Source: Candidatus Thorarchaeota archaeon
GTDB lineage: Archaea; Asgardarchaeota; Thorarchaeia; Thorarchaeales; Thorarchaeaceae
Length of the DNA stretch: 51,659 nt
Direction: 5' to 3'
NCBI GenBank assembly: GCA_011364905.1
Contig: RDNZ01000015.1
Span: 1-51,659, forward strand
Shown here: positions 10,117 through 19,924 of the stretch, in pieces
How positions within the stretch are numbered: the first letter of the stretch is position 1
Layout of the letters: every line of letters starts with the position of its first letter
Made by a program: the position numbers and the translations under genes
Notes under the pieces: model-generated
What the model saw: only the letters and a program-made list of their open reading frames with translations
What the model was told of the DNA's origin: nothing
Database searches by the model: none

Positions 10117-11343
10117 ATGGAAACTCGCTATAAGGCACTAATCATTGCAGTTGTGATACTCGCATCAGCGACGCTCATGCTATTCTCGTATCTCAGCGCA
10201 CAACCAGTGACACCTGAGAGCAAAACACTGCAGATAATAGAGAAGTTTCCAAGTCTCACCTTCGAAAGGCCTCTCGATCTTCAATCGCCTAATGATGGCA
10301 CGAACAGGCTCTTCATTGTGGAACAGACAGGCAGAATCTTCGTTTTTGCAAATACGCCCACGGTCAATGAATCAACATTGTTCCTAGACTTGTCAGAAAA
10401 GATCACTAGTCCGGAAGTGAGAGGAAATGAGGAGGGTCTCCTTGGACTTGCTTTCCATCCAGACTATGAAACAAATGGCTACTTCTTCGTTGACTATACA
10501 ACTGACAGTCCTAGAATGACTGTAATTTCAAGGTTCACGGTGGACACCGAGAATCCCAATTCTGCAAATCCCGACAGTGAAAAGATCATTCTTGAGATAG
10601 CTCAGCCCTATCAAAACCATAATGGAGGCCAGCTCCGGTTTGGGCCAGACGGTTATTTGTACATAGCCATGGGAGATGGGGGTAGTGCAGGCGATCCGCA
10701 AGGCAATGCACAGAACCTGACAACCCTGCTAGGAGCCATCTTGCGGATCGATGTCAATGCATCGGACCCGGGACTCAAATACTCGATTCCGGCAAGCAAC
10801 CCCTTTACGGGTAATAGTGAAGGATATCGCGAGGAAATCTATGCATATGGTCTGAGGAATCCTTGGAGGTTTTCATTCGACGCTTTGACTGAAACTCTAT
10901 GGGTTGGCGATGTTGGTCAAAATGCCATTGAGGAGATTGATATTGTTCAACCAGGAGGCAACTATGGATGGAATATCAAAGAGGGAGATTCGTGCTATAA
11001 TCCTGCTGTGGGGTGCAACAGCACAGGTCTCACTGACCCAATCTTTCAGTATCATCACGACGTAGGGCAATGCATCACTGGAGGATTCGTGTATAGAGGA
11101 AGCAACTTACCAGTGTTGAGTGGGCACTATGTATATGCAGACTATATCTCCGGGCGTATTTGGAGTCTTAATCACACTGGCAACGGATCAGTAAGTAATA
11201 CTGAAGTGTTCGATACTAATCTGCGTATCTCCTCCTTTGGAGTTGATTCACAAAACGAGATATACTTCCTAGCTTTCAATGGCAAAGTCTACTCATTTGA
11301 ACTCGTGCAGACTGAAAACGCTACAACCACGGGTGTTTACTAG
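10117..11343 (+). CDS. PQQ-dependent glucose/sorbosone dehydrogenase family beta-propeller, membrane-anchored
   Basis: EEGLLGLAFHP, NHNGGQLRFGPDGYLY, AYGLRNPWRFSFD, GGNYGW; N-terminal TM. Confidence 0.9.
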   Translation: METRYKALIIAVVILASATLMLFSYLSAQPVTPESKTLQIIEKFPSLTFERPLDLQSPNDGTNRLFIVEQTGRIFVFANTPTVNESTLFLDLSEKITSPEVRGNEEGLLGLAFHPDYETNGYFFVDYTTDSPRMTVISRFTVDTENPNSANPDSEKIILEIAQPYQNHNGGQLRFGPDGYLYIAMGDGGSAGDPQGNAQNLTTLLGAILRIDVNASDPGLKYSIPASNPFTGNSEGYREEIYAYGLRNPWRFSFDALTETLWVGDVGQNAIEEIDIVQPGGNYGWNIKEGDSCYNPAVGCNSTGLTDPIFQYHHDVGQCITGGFVYRGSNLPVLSGHYVYADYISGRIWSLNHTGNGSVSNTEVFDTNLRISSFGVDSQNEIYFLAFNGKVYSFELVQTENATTTGVY

Positions 11344-11496
11344 ACGTGGTGCATAACAGGTTTGGGTCAGGCACTGGATGAATCTATGGTCATGGTTAAT
11401 TTCGACCAAACCTTACTGACGACCTTTGTCATAATTGATAAATCGTACTGCACTACTAGTAGGAAGTATCCTTGTTCAAATGTAGGTGATTGAAGA

Positions 11497-13221
11497 ATGA
11501 CAATGATGACTGGTGGAGAAGTTCTGACTAGGTGTCTCACTCAGGAACATGTCAGATATGTCTTTGGAGTTCCAGGTGATCAGCTCTATCCATTCCTTGA
11601 TTCAATTCATACCAGTGATGGGATTGATTTTGTGACCTTCAGGCACGAGCAAGCTGCTGCACATGCTGCGGACGCTTGGGCGCGTACTACAGGAACTCCA
11701 GGAGTTTGTTTGGGCACTGTAGGTCCTGGAGCTGCAGACTTGGTCCCCGGAGTCTATGCTGCATTTGCTGACAGTATTCCAATGATTGTAATCTGTGCTC
11801 AGAACCAGTCTTGGCGAATCAATCCCGACCATGGGAGCACTCAAGGTCTTGATCAGCTGAATTTGTTCAAACCCATCACGAAATGGGGAGCAACTGTATC
11901 ACACTGGCAACGCATCCCTCAGTTGGTTCACTGGGCTTTCAGAGAGACAATTTCCGGGAGACCGGGACCGGTCTTCCTTGATTTCCCCTCAGACATTCTT
12001 TACATGGAATGCAATGAAGAAACGTTGGAGGATGGAATCGTAGCTTCCAATCGGTATCGCATGACTAAACCGCCAGTTGGAGATTCAGCTCTGATAGCAA
12101 AGGCAGCCAAGATGTTATCGAAAGCAAAGTTCCCATTGGTACATGCTGGCAATGGTGTTCTGATGTCCGATGCAACCAAAGAGCTCATTTCCATTGCAGA
12201 ACATCTTCAAGCTCCCGTCACCACATCAGTCGGAGCAAGAGGCGTGATTCCTGAGGACCATCCACTCGCTCTAACACCAGGAAGCTTTGGAGCCATTGGA
12301 GCTCAGTGTGAGTCAGATATGGTGCTACTGGTCGGTGGTCGTCTGGGAGATCTTGACTTCTGGGGAAGAGCTCCTGGATGGGGGGACTGCGCAGACCAGC
12401 GGCTGATTCAGATTGATATCGCACCAGAAATGATTGCGCAGAACCGAGTCGTCGACCTTGCTATTGTGGGAGATGCAAAAAGCACGCTCTCAGAACTTCT
12501 TAAGCAGATAAAAAAGAAGCCAAAAGCCAAACCAAGACCTGCAATGACTGACTGCCGCCAAGCTCAGGACAACTGGCGAGCTGATTTCATAGAACAGGGA
12601 AAATCGGACAAGGTACCAATTCATCCTCTCAGGATGGTCAAAGAAGTTCGTGACTTTTTCCCAAGAGATGCGATCTCCATTGTTGACGGAGGAAACATAG
12701 TAGTCTGGGCAATCTACCTAAACAAGATATACGAACCGCGGACATTCCTCTGGCCATGTGACTCGGGACATCTTGGAGTTGGGACCGGATATGCGATAGG
12801 ATCAAAATTGGCTCATCCTGACAAGGATGTCTATGTCATATCGGGTGATGGCGCATTCATGTTCAATGTACAGGAACTTGAAACTGCAAAACGTCTGGGT
12901 ACTGCATTCACGATGGCCATTGCGAACGACCGTGCGTATGGCATGATCAAAGCCGGACAGAAAGGTCTCTATGATGAGCGGTATATTGGTGTTGACTTCG
13001 TTGATGTCCGATATGACAAGATTGCTGAGGCGATGGGCTGTTTTGGGATTAGAGTGAAGAAACCCGCAGACATTGCTCCAGCACTTCAAAAAGCAAAAGA
13101 TTCCGGCCTTCCTGCAGTCTTGGATATTGTTATTGATCCGGACATCAATCTTGTTCCGCCTGACTTCGACTCAGTGGCATCTGTTTGGCTTGAAGGATGT
13201 CATCTTCCAGGAGAGGAGTGA
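11497..13221 (+). CDS. Thiamine-diphosphate-dependent enzyme (acetolactate synthase / 2-hydroxyacyl-CoA lyase superfamily)
   Basis: FGVPG, RHEQAAAHAADAWAR, GRPGPVFLD, ThDP motif GDGAF...ND. Confidence 0.9.
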   Translation: MTMMTGGEVLTRCLTQEHVRYVFGVPGDQLYPFLDSIHTSDGIDFVTFRHEQAAAHAADAWARTTGTPGVCLGTVGPGAADLVPGVYAAFADSIPMIVICAQNQSWRINPDHGSTQGLDQLNLFKPITKWGATVSHWQRIPQLVHWAFRETISGRPGPVFLDFPSDILYMECNEETLEDGIVASNRYRMTKPPVGDSALIAKAAKMLSKAKFPLVHAGNGVLMSDATKELISIAEHLQAPVTTSVGARGVIPEDHPLALTPGSFGAIGAQCESDMVLLVGGRLGDLDFWGRAPGWGDCADQRLIQIDIAPEMIAQNRVVDLAIVGDAKSTLSELLKQIKKKPKAKPRPAMTDCRQAQDNWRADFIEQGKSDKVPIHPLRMVKEVRDFFPRDAISIVDGGNIVVWAIYLNKIYEPRTFLWPCDSGHLGVGTGYAIGSKLAHPDKDVYVISGDGAFMFNVQELETAKRLGTAFTMAIANDRAYGMIKAGQKGLYDERYIGVDFVDVRYDKIAEAMGCFGIRVKKPADIAPALQKAKDSGLPAVLDIVIDPDINLVPPDFDSVASVWLEGCHLPGEE

Positions 13222-14235
13222 ATGAAAGCAGCGGTGTATGAGGGCAGTCAAGAGATTACTGTGAAGGATGTTCCGGAACCGGATGTGGGTCCAACCGAAG
13301 TTCTGGTGAAACCAAAGTATGTAGGCATTTGCGGAACGGATCTCAGTGCTTGGGAATATGGAATGTATGAACCAGGGTTAATAATGGGGCATGAGTTTTC
13401 AGGAGAAATTGTGGAGGTAGGTAAGGATGTGAGCTCGTGGGAAGTTGGCGAGAGAATAGTACCTAACTCCCTTTTGCCCTGTGGAAAGTGCTCATTCTGC
13501 AAGGCTCAGAAATTTTCTATCTGCGATGACATGCAAATGGTAGGAATCACAATGGATGGAGGATTAGCGGAACTTGTCACACTTCCACAGGATATGCTTC
13601 ATAGGCTGCCAAAGGCGATTGACAACAAGAAGGGTGCATTTGTTGAACCACTTTCCATTGCGCTTCATGGCTTCAACAGAATAAACTTCGAACGCGGCAA
13701 TAGTGTGCTCATTCTGGGAACTGGCCCTATTGGTATATTGAGTCTGCATTTCGCCAAACTACTGGGAGCCTCAGTAGTATACGCATCAGAGATACGATCC
13801 GCAAGACTAGAGATGGCGAAACAATCTGGGGCGGATGCTGCTATTGATCCTTCCAAAGAGTCATTGCCTCTTAGAATTGAGAGTCTGACGAAAGGGATTG
13901 GAGTAGATGTCGTTGTGGAATGCACCGGTGTCCCGGGCCCCACCTCCGAGGCATTTCAACTCGTGAAAAGAGGCGGCACAATCCTCATTCTTGGTATAAG
14001 CGAGGAACCAGTTGAGGTAGATTTCATGCGCGGTGTGCTAAACGAGCTCAACGTGACCTTCAGTTATTTGGGATATGCGGAGTTTCCTGAAGCAATTCGC
14101 CTTCTCGCAGAAGAGATGATTGATCCGATGCCTCTGGTCACAAGAGTCATATCATTGGACCGTGTTGTAGAGGATGGGTTTGAAGCACTTCGCAGCCCCG
14201 ATAATCAAGATGTGAAAGTGCTGGTGAAGATATAG
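13222..14235 (+). CDS. Zinc-dependent medium-chain alcohol/polyol dehydrogenase
   Basis: GICGTD, GHEFSG, structural Zn CGKCSFC...C, GTGPIG. Confidence 0.92.
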   Translation: MKAAVYEGSQEITVKDVPEPDVGPTEVLVKPKYVGICGTDLSAWEYGMYEPGLIMGHEFSGEIVEVGKDVSSWEVGERIVPNSLLPCGKCSFCKAQKFSICDDMQMVGITMDGGLAELVTLPQDMLHRLPKAIDNKKGAFVEPLSIALHGFNRINFERGNSVLILGTGPIGILSLHFAKLLGASVVYASEIRSARLEMAKQSGADAAIDPSKESLPLRIESLTKGIGVDVVVECTGVPGPTSEAFQLVKRGGTILILGISEEPVEVDFMRGVLNELNVTFSYLGYAEFPEAIRLLAEEMIDPMPLVTRVISLDRVVEDGFEALRSPDNQDVKVLVKI

Positions 14236-14685
14236 TTGGAGGATTCCAAAATGAGCAAGAGACTGGAACTGGCTTCTGATGAGTATAAGAGTAAATTCAA
14301 AGAGAAAATCAATAACGATGAGGAGTACGCGAAGCTTGCTAGTGGCGTTGAGGATTCGTATACACTTGTTTTGCAGGCCGAACCTGACAAAGGAGTCACT
14401 GAAACAAGAGTTGTTGGTTTTGAGATCAAGAAAGGTAAGATGACGGACATTTGGAGTGGCGAAAGGCAAACCTCGTATATACTGAGTGCATCATATCGAG
14501 TCTGGGTTGATATTCTTCTTGGCAAGATTGGGGCGAACAGAGCATTCATCACACGTAAGTTGAGCATCAAAGGGAACATGCCAAGGCTACTGAAGACTGC
14601 AAAAGCTACCGATAGACTAGTTGCTTTGCTTCGAGAAGTGCCGACAGAGTTCCACGGCGACTATATAAATCAGTCATTTGGATGA
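14236..14685 (+). CDS. SCP2 sterol/lipid-carrier domain protein
   Basis: WVDILLGKIGANRAFITRKLSIKGNM matches the SCP2 C-terminal pattern; start may be ATG at 14251. Confidence 0.8.
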   Translation: MEDSKMSKRLELASDEYKSKFKEKINNDEEYAKLASGVEDSYTLVLQAEPDKGVTETRVVGFEIKKGKMTDIWSGERQTSYILSASYRVWVDILLGKIGANRAFITRKLSIKGNMPRLLKTAKATDRLVALLREVPTEFHGDYINQSFG

Positions 14686-14712
14686 AGGATGATACCACAC
14701 CGCATCTTCATC
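14681..14712 (+). terminator. Hairpin at the end of the ThDP-ADH-SCP2 operon
   Basis: GATGAAG(G)ATG...CATCTTCATC inverted repeat over the stop codon. Confidence 0.35.
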
Positions 14713-14744
14713 GTACCCAAAGCTAATTAATTGCTAAAGACATC

Positions 14745-16754
14745 GTGTGCTATCAAAGTCGAGAGAGTGGTTGCTTGAATCTTAAGGAAGCTATCAAGGA
14801 CTACTTCACAGCTCGCCCTCGAGCAAAGAAGGTCCTAGGTATTGCCACAGCAATAGCTGCAAACTTTGCCATGATTGGTTCGGGGTCTGCTGTATTGGCT
14901 GTTGCAGCCGGATCACTTGTGCAGGCACACGAGGACAAGAAAAGAATTCGTCCTGACCAGCTTATTGATTTCTTCAAGGAAGCAATCCAAGACCCAAATG
15001 TCAGGGAATCGTTGAAAGAAGCTGTCAGAGAAGGTGGAACTTCAGTTGCTGTCCCAGTCGCAACTGCGATGAATCAACTTGGAGCATCAGCACCGGAAAC
15101 AAGCCAGTTTGTCGATACCATGAAATCAGATCTCACAGTAGTGATGCAGGAGTTGGGCATCTTACAGGAGATGATTTCATACTATGAGATTCCAGACTCG
15201 CGCAACCGAATGATCAATGTGTGGCGATTGCCACCATACTTGGACGATGTAATGGTAATCGAAGATGCCCGAAACGCAGTCATTACCTCTGCAGCGAAAC
15301 AAGTCAGGGAGGGAGAGAATGTTGTCATCCTCGGAGCTCCTGGTTCTGGTAAAACGACGGTGCTGTACGCTATCTGGAAAGAGCTGGACGAGGAGAATGA
15401 CACAGCACTTGTCTGGGACACAAAGGATGTGGCCAGAACTCACGAGAAAGATGGCGTCATCCTATTTAGTGATGACCTTCCCGAAACAAAAGAGCTTGCT
15501 AAGGCAATTGTAGAGAAGGACATACACGGCGTGGTCACCACAGCGCGGGACCAAGATTGGTCTCGACTGCCAATAGATTTGAGAAGAAAGTTCAACCCCA
15601 TAAACCTTCCAAACATCACTGATGAAGTTATGACCAAGATAGCAAAGAATCACCTTGATAGTCAGGGCATTACCTATGCTAAGGCAGTCCTCCCAACAAT
15701 AGTGGAGAATGCGAGGGGTAGTCCGATTTATGTGAGGTATCTTGTTGAAGAGATAAGAGCTGAGATACGGTCTGGAGTCATCTCAAAGCTTGCAGTAGAC
15801 CGGGTCAAACAAGCACCCAAAGGTATGACAGACTATGTGGCAGGGATACTTGCTAGGATTCTATTCGAACTTGATGGCACAATCTACAAACCTAGAGAAG
15901 GTGCCTTGCCAGTTATCAAAACCTTACTGTGCCTTGCGGATTTGCCTAACTATGAAACGCATGAGGTCCATCTGAATCAGATGTTTTTTGTTCTGAAACA
16001 GCCATCCGATAGTCCGGGTCCTTTCAATGCATTCAAGCAGTATCTCTCAAGAGACCCTCGATTCTTCTCCCTAAAGTTCATGCATGATACGCTTGCCGAT
16101 GTGCTTCGCGGGAAGGTGGACCATCCTGTAATAGGGGATATTCGAATGGTAGCGCAGGAAATGGGAGTTTCCGGTCGACGAGATATTGAGAGCAATGCCC
16201 TAGACGAGGGTTGGGAACATGTCAAAGCGGAATATGAAATGGATAAAGCAGGCGGTCTCGAGCCCCTTCTTGCATATGCATATTTCTCAGCAAAGAACTA
16301 CAATGCATCAAGAATCGATCCAATTGCAGTGGACCTCGCTAATCAGCACCTCGAGAATCCACTAAGTCAAGCATTGTTCGCGCTCACAGGACCAATCACC
16401 CCAGATGAGATTCAGACGGCACACGAAGAAGTGATTCACAAGCCTCCTAGCAGAGCGGATGCTCAAAAAAACAGTCAACCAGCTCCGCATGCCCAATCCG
16501 TTGCTCCGAAAGATCTTGGAAAACTCATTAGAGAGAGAGTAAAGTCAGCTATTGCCCAAAAACGCGACATTGAACTTCCAGAAGAATTGATGAATATAGG
16601 AGAATTAGACATATCAAAAATCATAGATGCCGCAATGAAGGGAGAAGAGTCTGCTGAGCTTGAAAAACTGAAAGAGATAGGAGCAGCTTTTGATAAGAAA
16701 AAGAAAAAGTCAGATCGAGCTGCCAAAGATACTGGGAACGGAAATGAGTCATAG
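14745..16754 (+). CDS. STAND-class (NB-ARC/AP-ATPase-like) P-loop NTPase
   Basis: Ordered motifs GAPGSGKTT, ILFSDD, VVTTAR, RGSPIYV, LLCLADLP, KFMHDTLADVL; true start may be TTG at 14775. Confidence 0.75.
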   Translation: MCYQSRESGCLNLKEAIKDYFTARPRAKKVLGIATAIAANFAMIGSGSAVLAVAAGSLVQAHEDKKRIRPDQLIDFFKEAIQDPNVRESLKEAVREGGTSVAVPVATAMNQLGASAPETSQFVDTMKSDLTVVMQELGILQEMISYYEIPDSRNRMINVWRLPPYLDDVMVIEDARNAVITSAAKQVREGENVVILGAPGSGKTTVLYAIWKELDEENDTALVWDTKDVARTHEKDGVILFSDDLPETKELAKAIVEKDIHGVVTTARDQDWSRLPIDLRRKFNPINLPNITDEVMTKIAKNHLDSQGITYAKAVLPTIVENARGSPIYVRYLVEEIRAEIRSGVISKLAVDRVKQAPKGMTDYVAGILARILFELDGTIYKPREGALPVIKTLLCLADLPNYETHEVHLNQMFFVLKQPSDSPGPFNAFKQYLSRDPRFFSLKFMHDTLADVLRGKVDHPVIGDIRMVAQEMGVSGRRDIESNALDEGWEHVKAEYEMDKAGGLEPLLAYAYFSAKNYNASRIDPIAVDLANQHLENPLSQALFALTGPITPDEIQTAHEEVIHKPPSRADAQKNSQPAPHAQSVAPKDLGKLIRERVKSAIAQKRDIELPEELMNIGELDISKIIDAAMKGEESAELEKLKEIGAAFDKKKKKSDRAAKDTGNGNES

Positions 16755-16824
16755 TATCCTCTGTAGCGCGCGAGTGGCAAGATTCGTGGATATTCCTTTA
16801 TAGGATGTTGACCAGAAGAATGGT

Positions 16825-17082
16825 ATGGGAAGAAAGACCTATAGAGATGCTCAAGGATACCTCAGATTCATTGATTCTGGAAAGCTTGTACATAGATGGA
16901 AAGCTGAGAAAAGGTTAGGTCGAAAACTTCTGCCTCAAGAAGTAGTCCATCATGAGAACAAAGTCAAGACAGACAATCGCTATAGCAATCTTACCGTATT
17001 TGAGTCACGTAAAGCGCATCGAGCCCATCACATAAAGGTTGCATGGACAAAAACGAGAAGAAGACGTACCCTGAAACGCTGA
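16825..17082 (+). CDS. Small HNH endonuclease (HNH_3 type)
   Basis: GYLRF...VHRW...EVVHHENKVKTDNRYSNL...H..HH. Confidence 0.85.
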   Translation: MGRKTYRDAQGYLRFIDSGKLVHRWKAEKRLGRKLLPQEVVHHENKVKTDNRYSNLTVFESRKAHRAHHIKVAWTKTRRRRTLKR

Positions 17083-17216
17083 GTCATGATTCTTAGATGA
17101 TGAAGTTACTCGAAAATTACAATGAGTTGATGTCTGCGGCTGAACCTAATTTGACAAATGAGGATAAATCTGAACTGAGAGAAACTCAAGCGGCATCAAG
17201 CCATCTGTGAATACTC

Positions 17217-18098
17217 TTAACGCTTCTTTTCAAGTTCAGATTCCATATATGTCAGCTTGGCAAATGCATCACGTTTAGAATGTCTATTGGCCTCACTAAT
17301 ACTTAATTCGCGAAGGTCATCCCCAAACTTCTGACATGCCCAATCAATCCAAGCCTCTCGTGCCTCTCGTGCAATAATGCTTGCCGCAGCGACAGCAATC
17401 TCATCCTCCGCCTTTGGACGCTGAACTAGCTCAACATCTCTGAGGTCAATTTTGGCTCTAAGACGCACTTCGGTTTTGACGCGAGCAAACTGGTCAATCA
17501 CAATCTTGATCCGCTCATTGTGTTTCTTCACAGACTCGTAGACTTCAGAAATCACTTTTGCATGAGCCCATGCAAGCATATCATTGAGATTCTTGCCTTC
17601 TTTACGAAAATCCTCGATTTGTGAATTGAATTTCTCGGGAGATATAAGCAGCGATTCTACCTTGAGTGCATACCGACGAACTGTCCTGGAGAGTTCGGTT
17701 ATTCTTGCGATTGACATGACTTTGCTGTCCATTACTCCTAGAGCACGCATCATTGTTGTTTGATCAGGAGTCAGTGCGACTGCAGCAACAGTCATCGGAC
17801 CAAGCCACTCCCCTTTCCCAGCCTCGTCGGAACCAATGACCACAGACCATCTCGTATCAGAACCTAGCGTACTTACTGCATTCTGAACAGCCGCTGCTGC
17901 ATGAGAACCGTTACTGACAATCTTACCTGAGGTGTATCCGATGATGACCTCTCCAGAGCAGGTCACACGAAAGGCTTCGAACTGATTAGTCGTTGCAATG
18001 TCTGACGAGTCCTTCAAAGCCAAGAGAACTCTATGAATCTGTTCTATCTGTTCAGCAGTGACTTTTACGACTGCGGGTTTCATGACAACCCTCTCCAA
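17217..18098 (-). CDS. rnhC: Ribonuclease HIII (type 2 RNase H with N-terminal extension)
   Basis: IGSDEAGKGEWLGP, GVMDSK, LNDMLAWAH, IVIDQF, VAAASIIAR; N-terminal YTSGKIVSNG TBP-like domain. Confidence 0.75.
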   Translation of the reverse strand: MERVVMKPAVVKVTAEQIEQIHRVLLALKDSSDIATTNQFEAFRVTCSGEVIIGYTSGKIVSNGSHAAAAVQNAVSTLGSDTRWSVVIGSDEAGKGEWLGPMTVAAVALTPDQTTMMRALGVMDSKVMSIARITELSRTVRRYALKVESLLISPEKFNSQIEDFRKEGKNLNDMLAWAHAKVISEVYESVKKHNERIKIVIDQFARVKTEVRLRAKIDLRDVELVQRPKAEDEIAVAAASIIAREAREAWIDWACQKFGDDLRELSISEANRHSKRDAFAKLTYMESELEKKR

Positions 18099-18141
18099 AG
18101 CTGTTGCCTTGTGTCCGCGTATTTTTGGGGAGGGTGTCCTT

Positions 18142-18972
18142 TTAGAATTTGCATATTTCAGTCCTCATTTCCCAGGAACTAGTGTCAACTGAAAGTACAC
18201 CATAAAAGCCATTCGCGACAGCAGGCATTACAACACATATCGCGGTCCCAATTGTGAATTCATGATGCATGTGATAATGTCCAGACAGTGCTAAACTCAG
18301 TGGGTTGCTTTCTATGAACTTGGTGATAGACTTGCTTCCTGTAGACACGCCTATTCCTAAATCTGGAACTAGTCCGGATTCATAAGGAGGGACATGCGAA
18401 ATCAGTATCTTGCTATGGGCATCCCCAATTTGCTGAAAGCCTGTAGACAAAATCTTGTAAATCGCTTCCTCTGAGTTTTCAAAAGGACTAGAGTACCTGT
18501 CAAGAGCAGTAAGGTCTGTATCAGACCAGTCTTCGACCACAAACTGTCCATTTTGATGCATGATGCCAAATTCACTCAGTGTTTCTAAAGCCCGTTTGTT
18601 AGGAGAGAGGGATGAAGTGTCATTGGTCCTGTAGAAGTCACGGATTCCAATTATTGTTTTTGCGGTTTCTTGGACGCCACCCACTCCGAAAAATCCCAAA
18701 TCTTCCACAATCCTCCCTCTACCATGGAGATTAATACCCAGGTCATCGAAAAATTCACGAACTTTCGGGAGTGTTCCATTACCTGGAACTCCGACCATCC
18801 AGTTGCACTCCTCTTTTAGTCTGGTCATGTCATCAACTGATTCTTGTGTGAATTTGCGAAATTTCATCAAGTCCCCTAGAAATATCACACCATCCATGCT
18901 TTTTGCTAAATGGAGCATCTTGTTCAAGTGTGCCCACATATCGTGTATATCAGCGAGGACAAGGACCTCCAT
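18142..18972 (-). CDS. Calcineurin-like metallophosphoesterase (Icc-related)
   Basis: ADIH, LGDL, VPGN, ISHVPP, SGHYH. Confidence 0.85.
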   Translation of the reverse strand: MEVLVLADIHDMWAHLNKMLHLAKSMDGVIFLGDLMKFRKFTQESVDDMTRLKEECNWMVGVPGNGTLPKVREFFDDLGINLHGRGRIVEDLGFFGVGGVQETAKTIIGIRDFYRTNDTSSLSPNKRALETLSEFGIMHQNGQFVVEDWSDTDLTALDRYSSPFENSEEAIYKILSTGFQQIGDAHSKILISHVPPYESGLVPDLGIGVSTGSKSITKFIESNPLSLALSGHYHMHHEFTIGTAICVVMPAVANGFYGVLSVDTSSWEMRTEICKF

Positions 18973-18978
18973 AGATTC

Positions 18979-19761
18979 TCAGTCCTCCACCCTCAGATGA
19001 GATACGTCTCCCTGAAGCACACTCACAAACCCATCTTCTGTTTGGACAACAAGAGCCCCATTGGAGTCAATGTTTTTTGCTATGCCATCAATGGTCTTGC
19101 CATCCTCATGTACTCTGACCTTCGAGCCAATAGTTGAACTCAGCTCTCGCCACTCGTCAAGAACGCTAGAGAATGACATCTTCTCTTCCACACTCTGAAG
19201 AAGTTCATCAATCCGATTCACGATGGAACAAAGAAGAGATTCAATGGAGGTTGCTTTCCCAACTTCATCGATAATAGAAGTCGTAGGCCATTGAAGTCCG
19301 TTAGGCATTTCTGAAACCGAACAATTCTGATTCACACCAATCCCAACAACTGTCCCAAGAGTGTCAGATCCTAGGAAGACTGTTTCACTTAGAATTCCTG
19401 CGATTTTCCTTTGTTTCACAAGCACATCATTTGGCCATTTTAGACTCACATCCTCAACACCCAGCTCACTTAGGCATCGAGCAACTGCACAAGCGCCAAG
19501 AAGACCCAGAAGCGGAGCACTCTCAACCTCAAGTCGCGGATATATGATCAATGAGAAGTAGAGCCCTCCCACTGGGGATAACCAGGTTCTGTCTTTTCTT
19601 CCTCGTCCGGCAGTCTGACGACCAGCAGTCACTATGATGCCTTCTTCTTCACCCTGAATGAGAAGTTTCTTCGCTTCTGTGTTTGTAGAATCAACACTAT
19701 CCAAGTATATCACTCGAGGATGGAGCAAACTTGTACTGAAGCAGTTAAAGCGGCTAGTCAA
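18979..19761 (-). CDS. birA: Biotin--protein ligase (group I, no HTH)
   Basis: DSTN, QTAGRGRKDRTWLSP, KWPND, KIAGIL, GIGVN. Confidence 0.95.
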   Translation of the reverse strand: MTSRFNCFSTSLLHPRVIYLDSVDSTNTEAKKLLIQGEEEGIIVTAGRQTAGRGRKDRTWLSPVGGLYFSLIIYPRLEVESAPLLGLLGACAVARCLSELGVEDVSLKWPNDVLVKQRKIAGILSETVFLGSDTLGTVVGIGVNQNCSVSEMPNGLQWPTTSIIDEVGKATSIESLLCSIVNRIDELLQSVEEKMSFSSVLDEWRELSSTIGSKVRVHEDGKTIDGIAKNIDSNGALVVQTEDGFVSVLQGDVSHLRVED

Positions 19762-19924
19762 TATGAATCATAGGACATTACAATGATAGCTATTTGAACT
19801 CGTGGGAATGCTACAGTGATGAATTACATCGGAAGGGGCTGAGCGACGATATTGATGCGAGAATCATGCCAAGTTTCGCTGGTGCAGTGATTCCACCAAA
19901 TCAAGAGAAGACAATGATTGTGCA

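Noticed and set aside
16825-17082. HNH as part of an intron, intein or IS element
   Set aside because: Free-standing between genes, with no recognisable splice structure, terminal repeats or transposase
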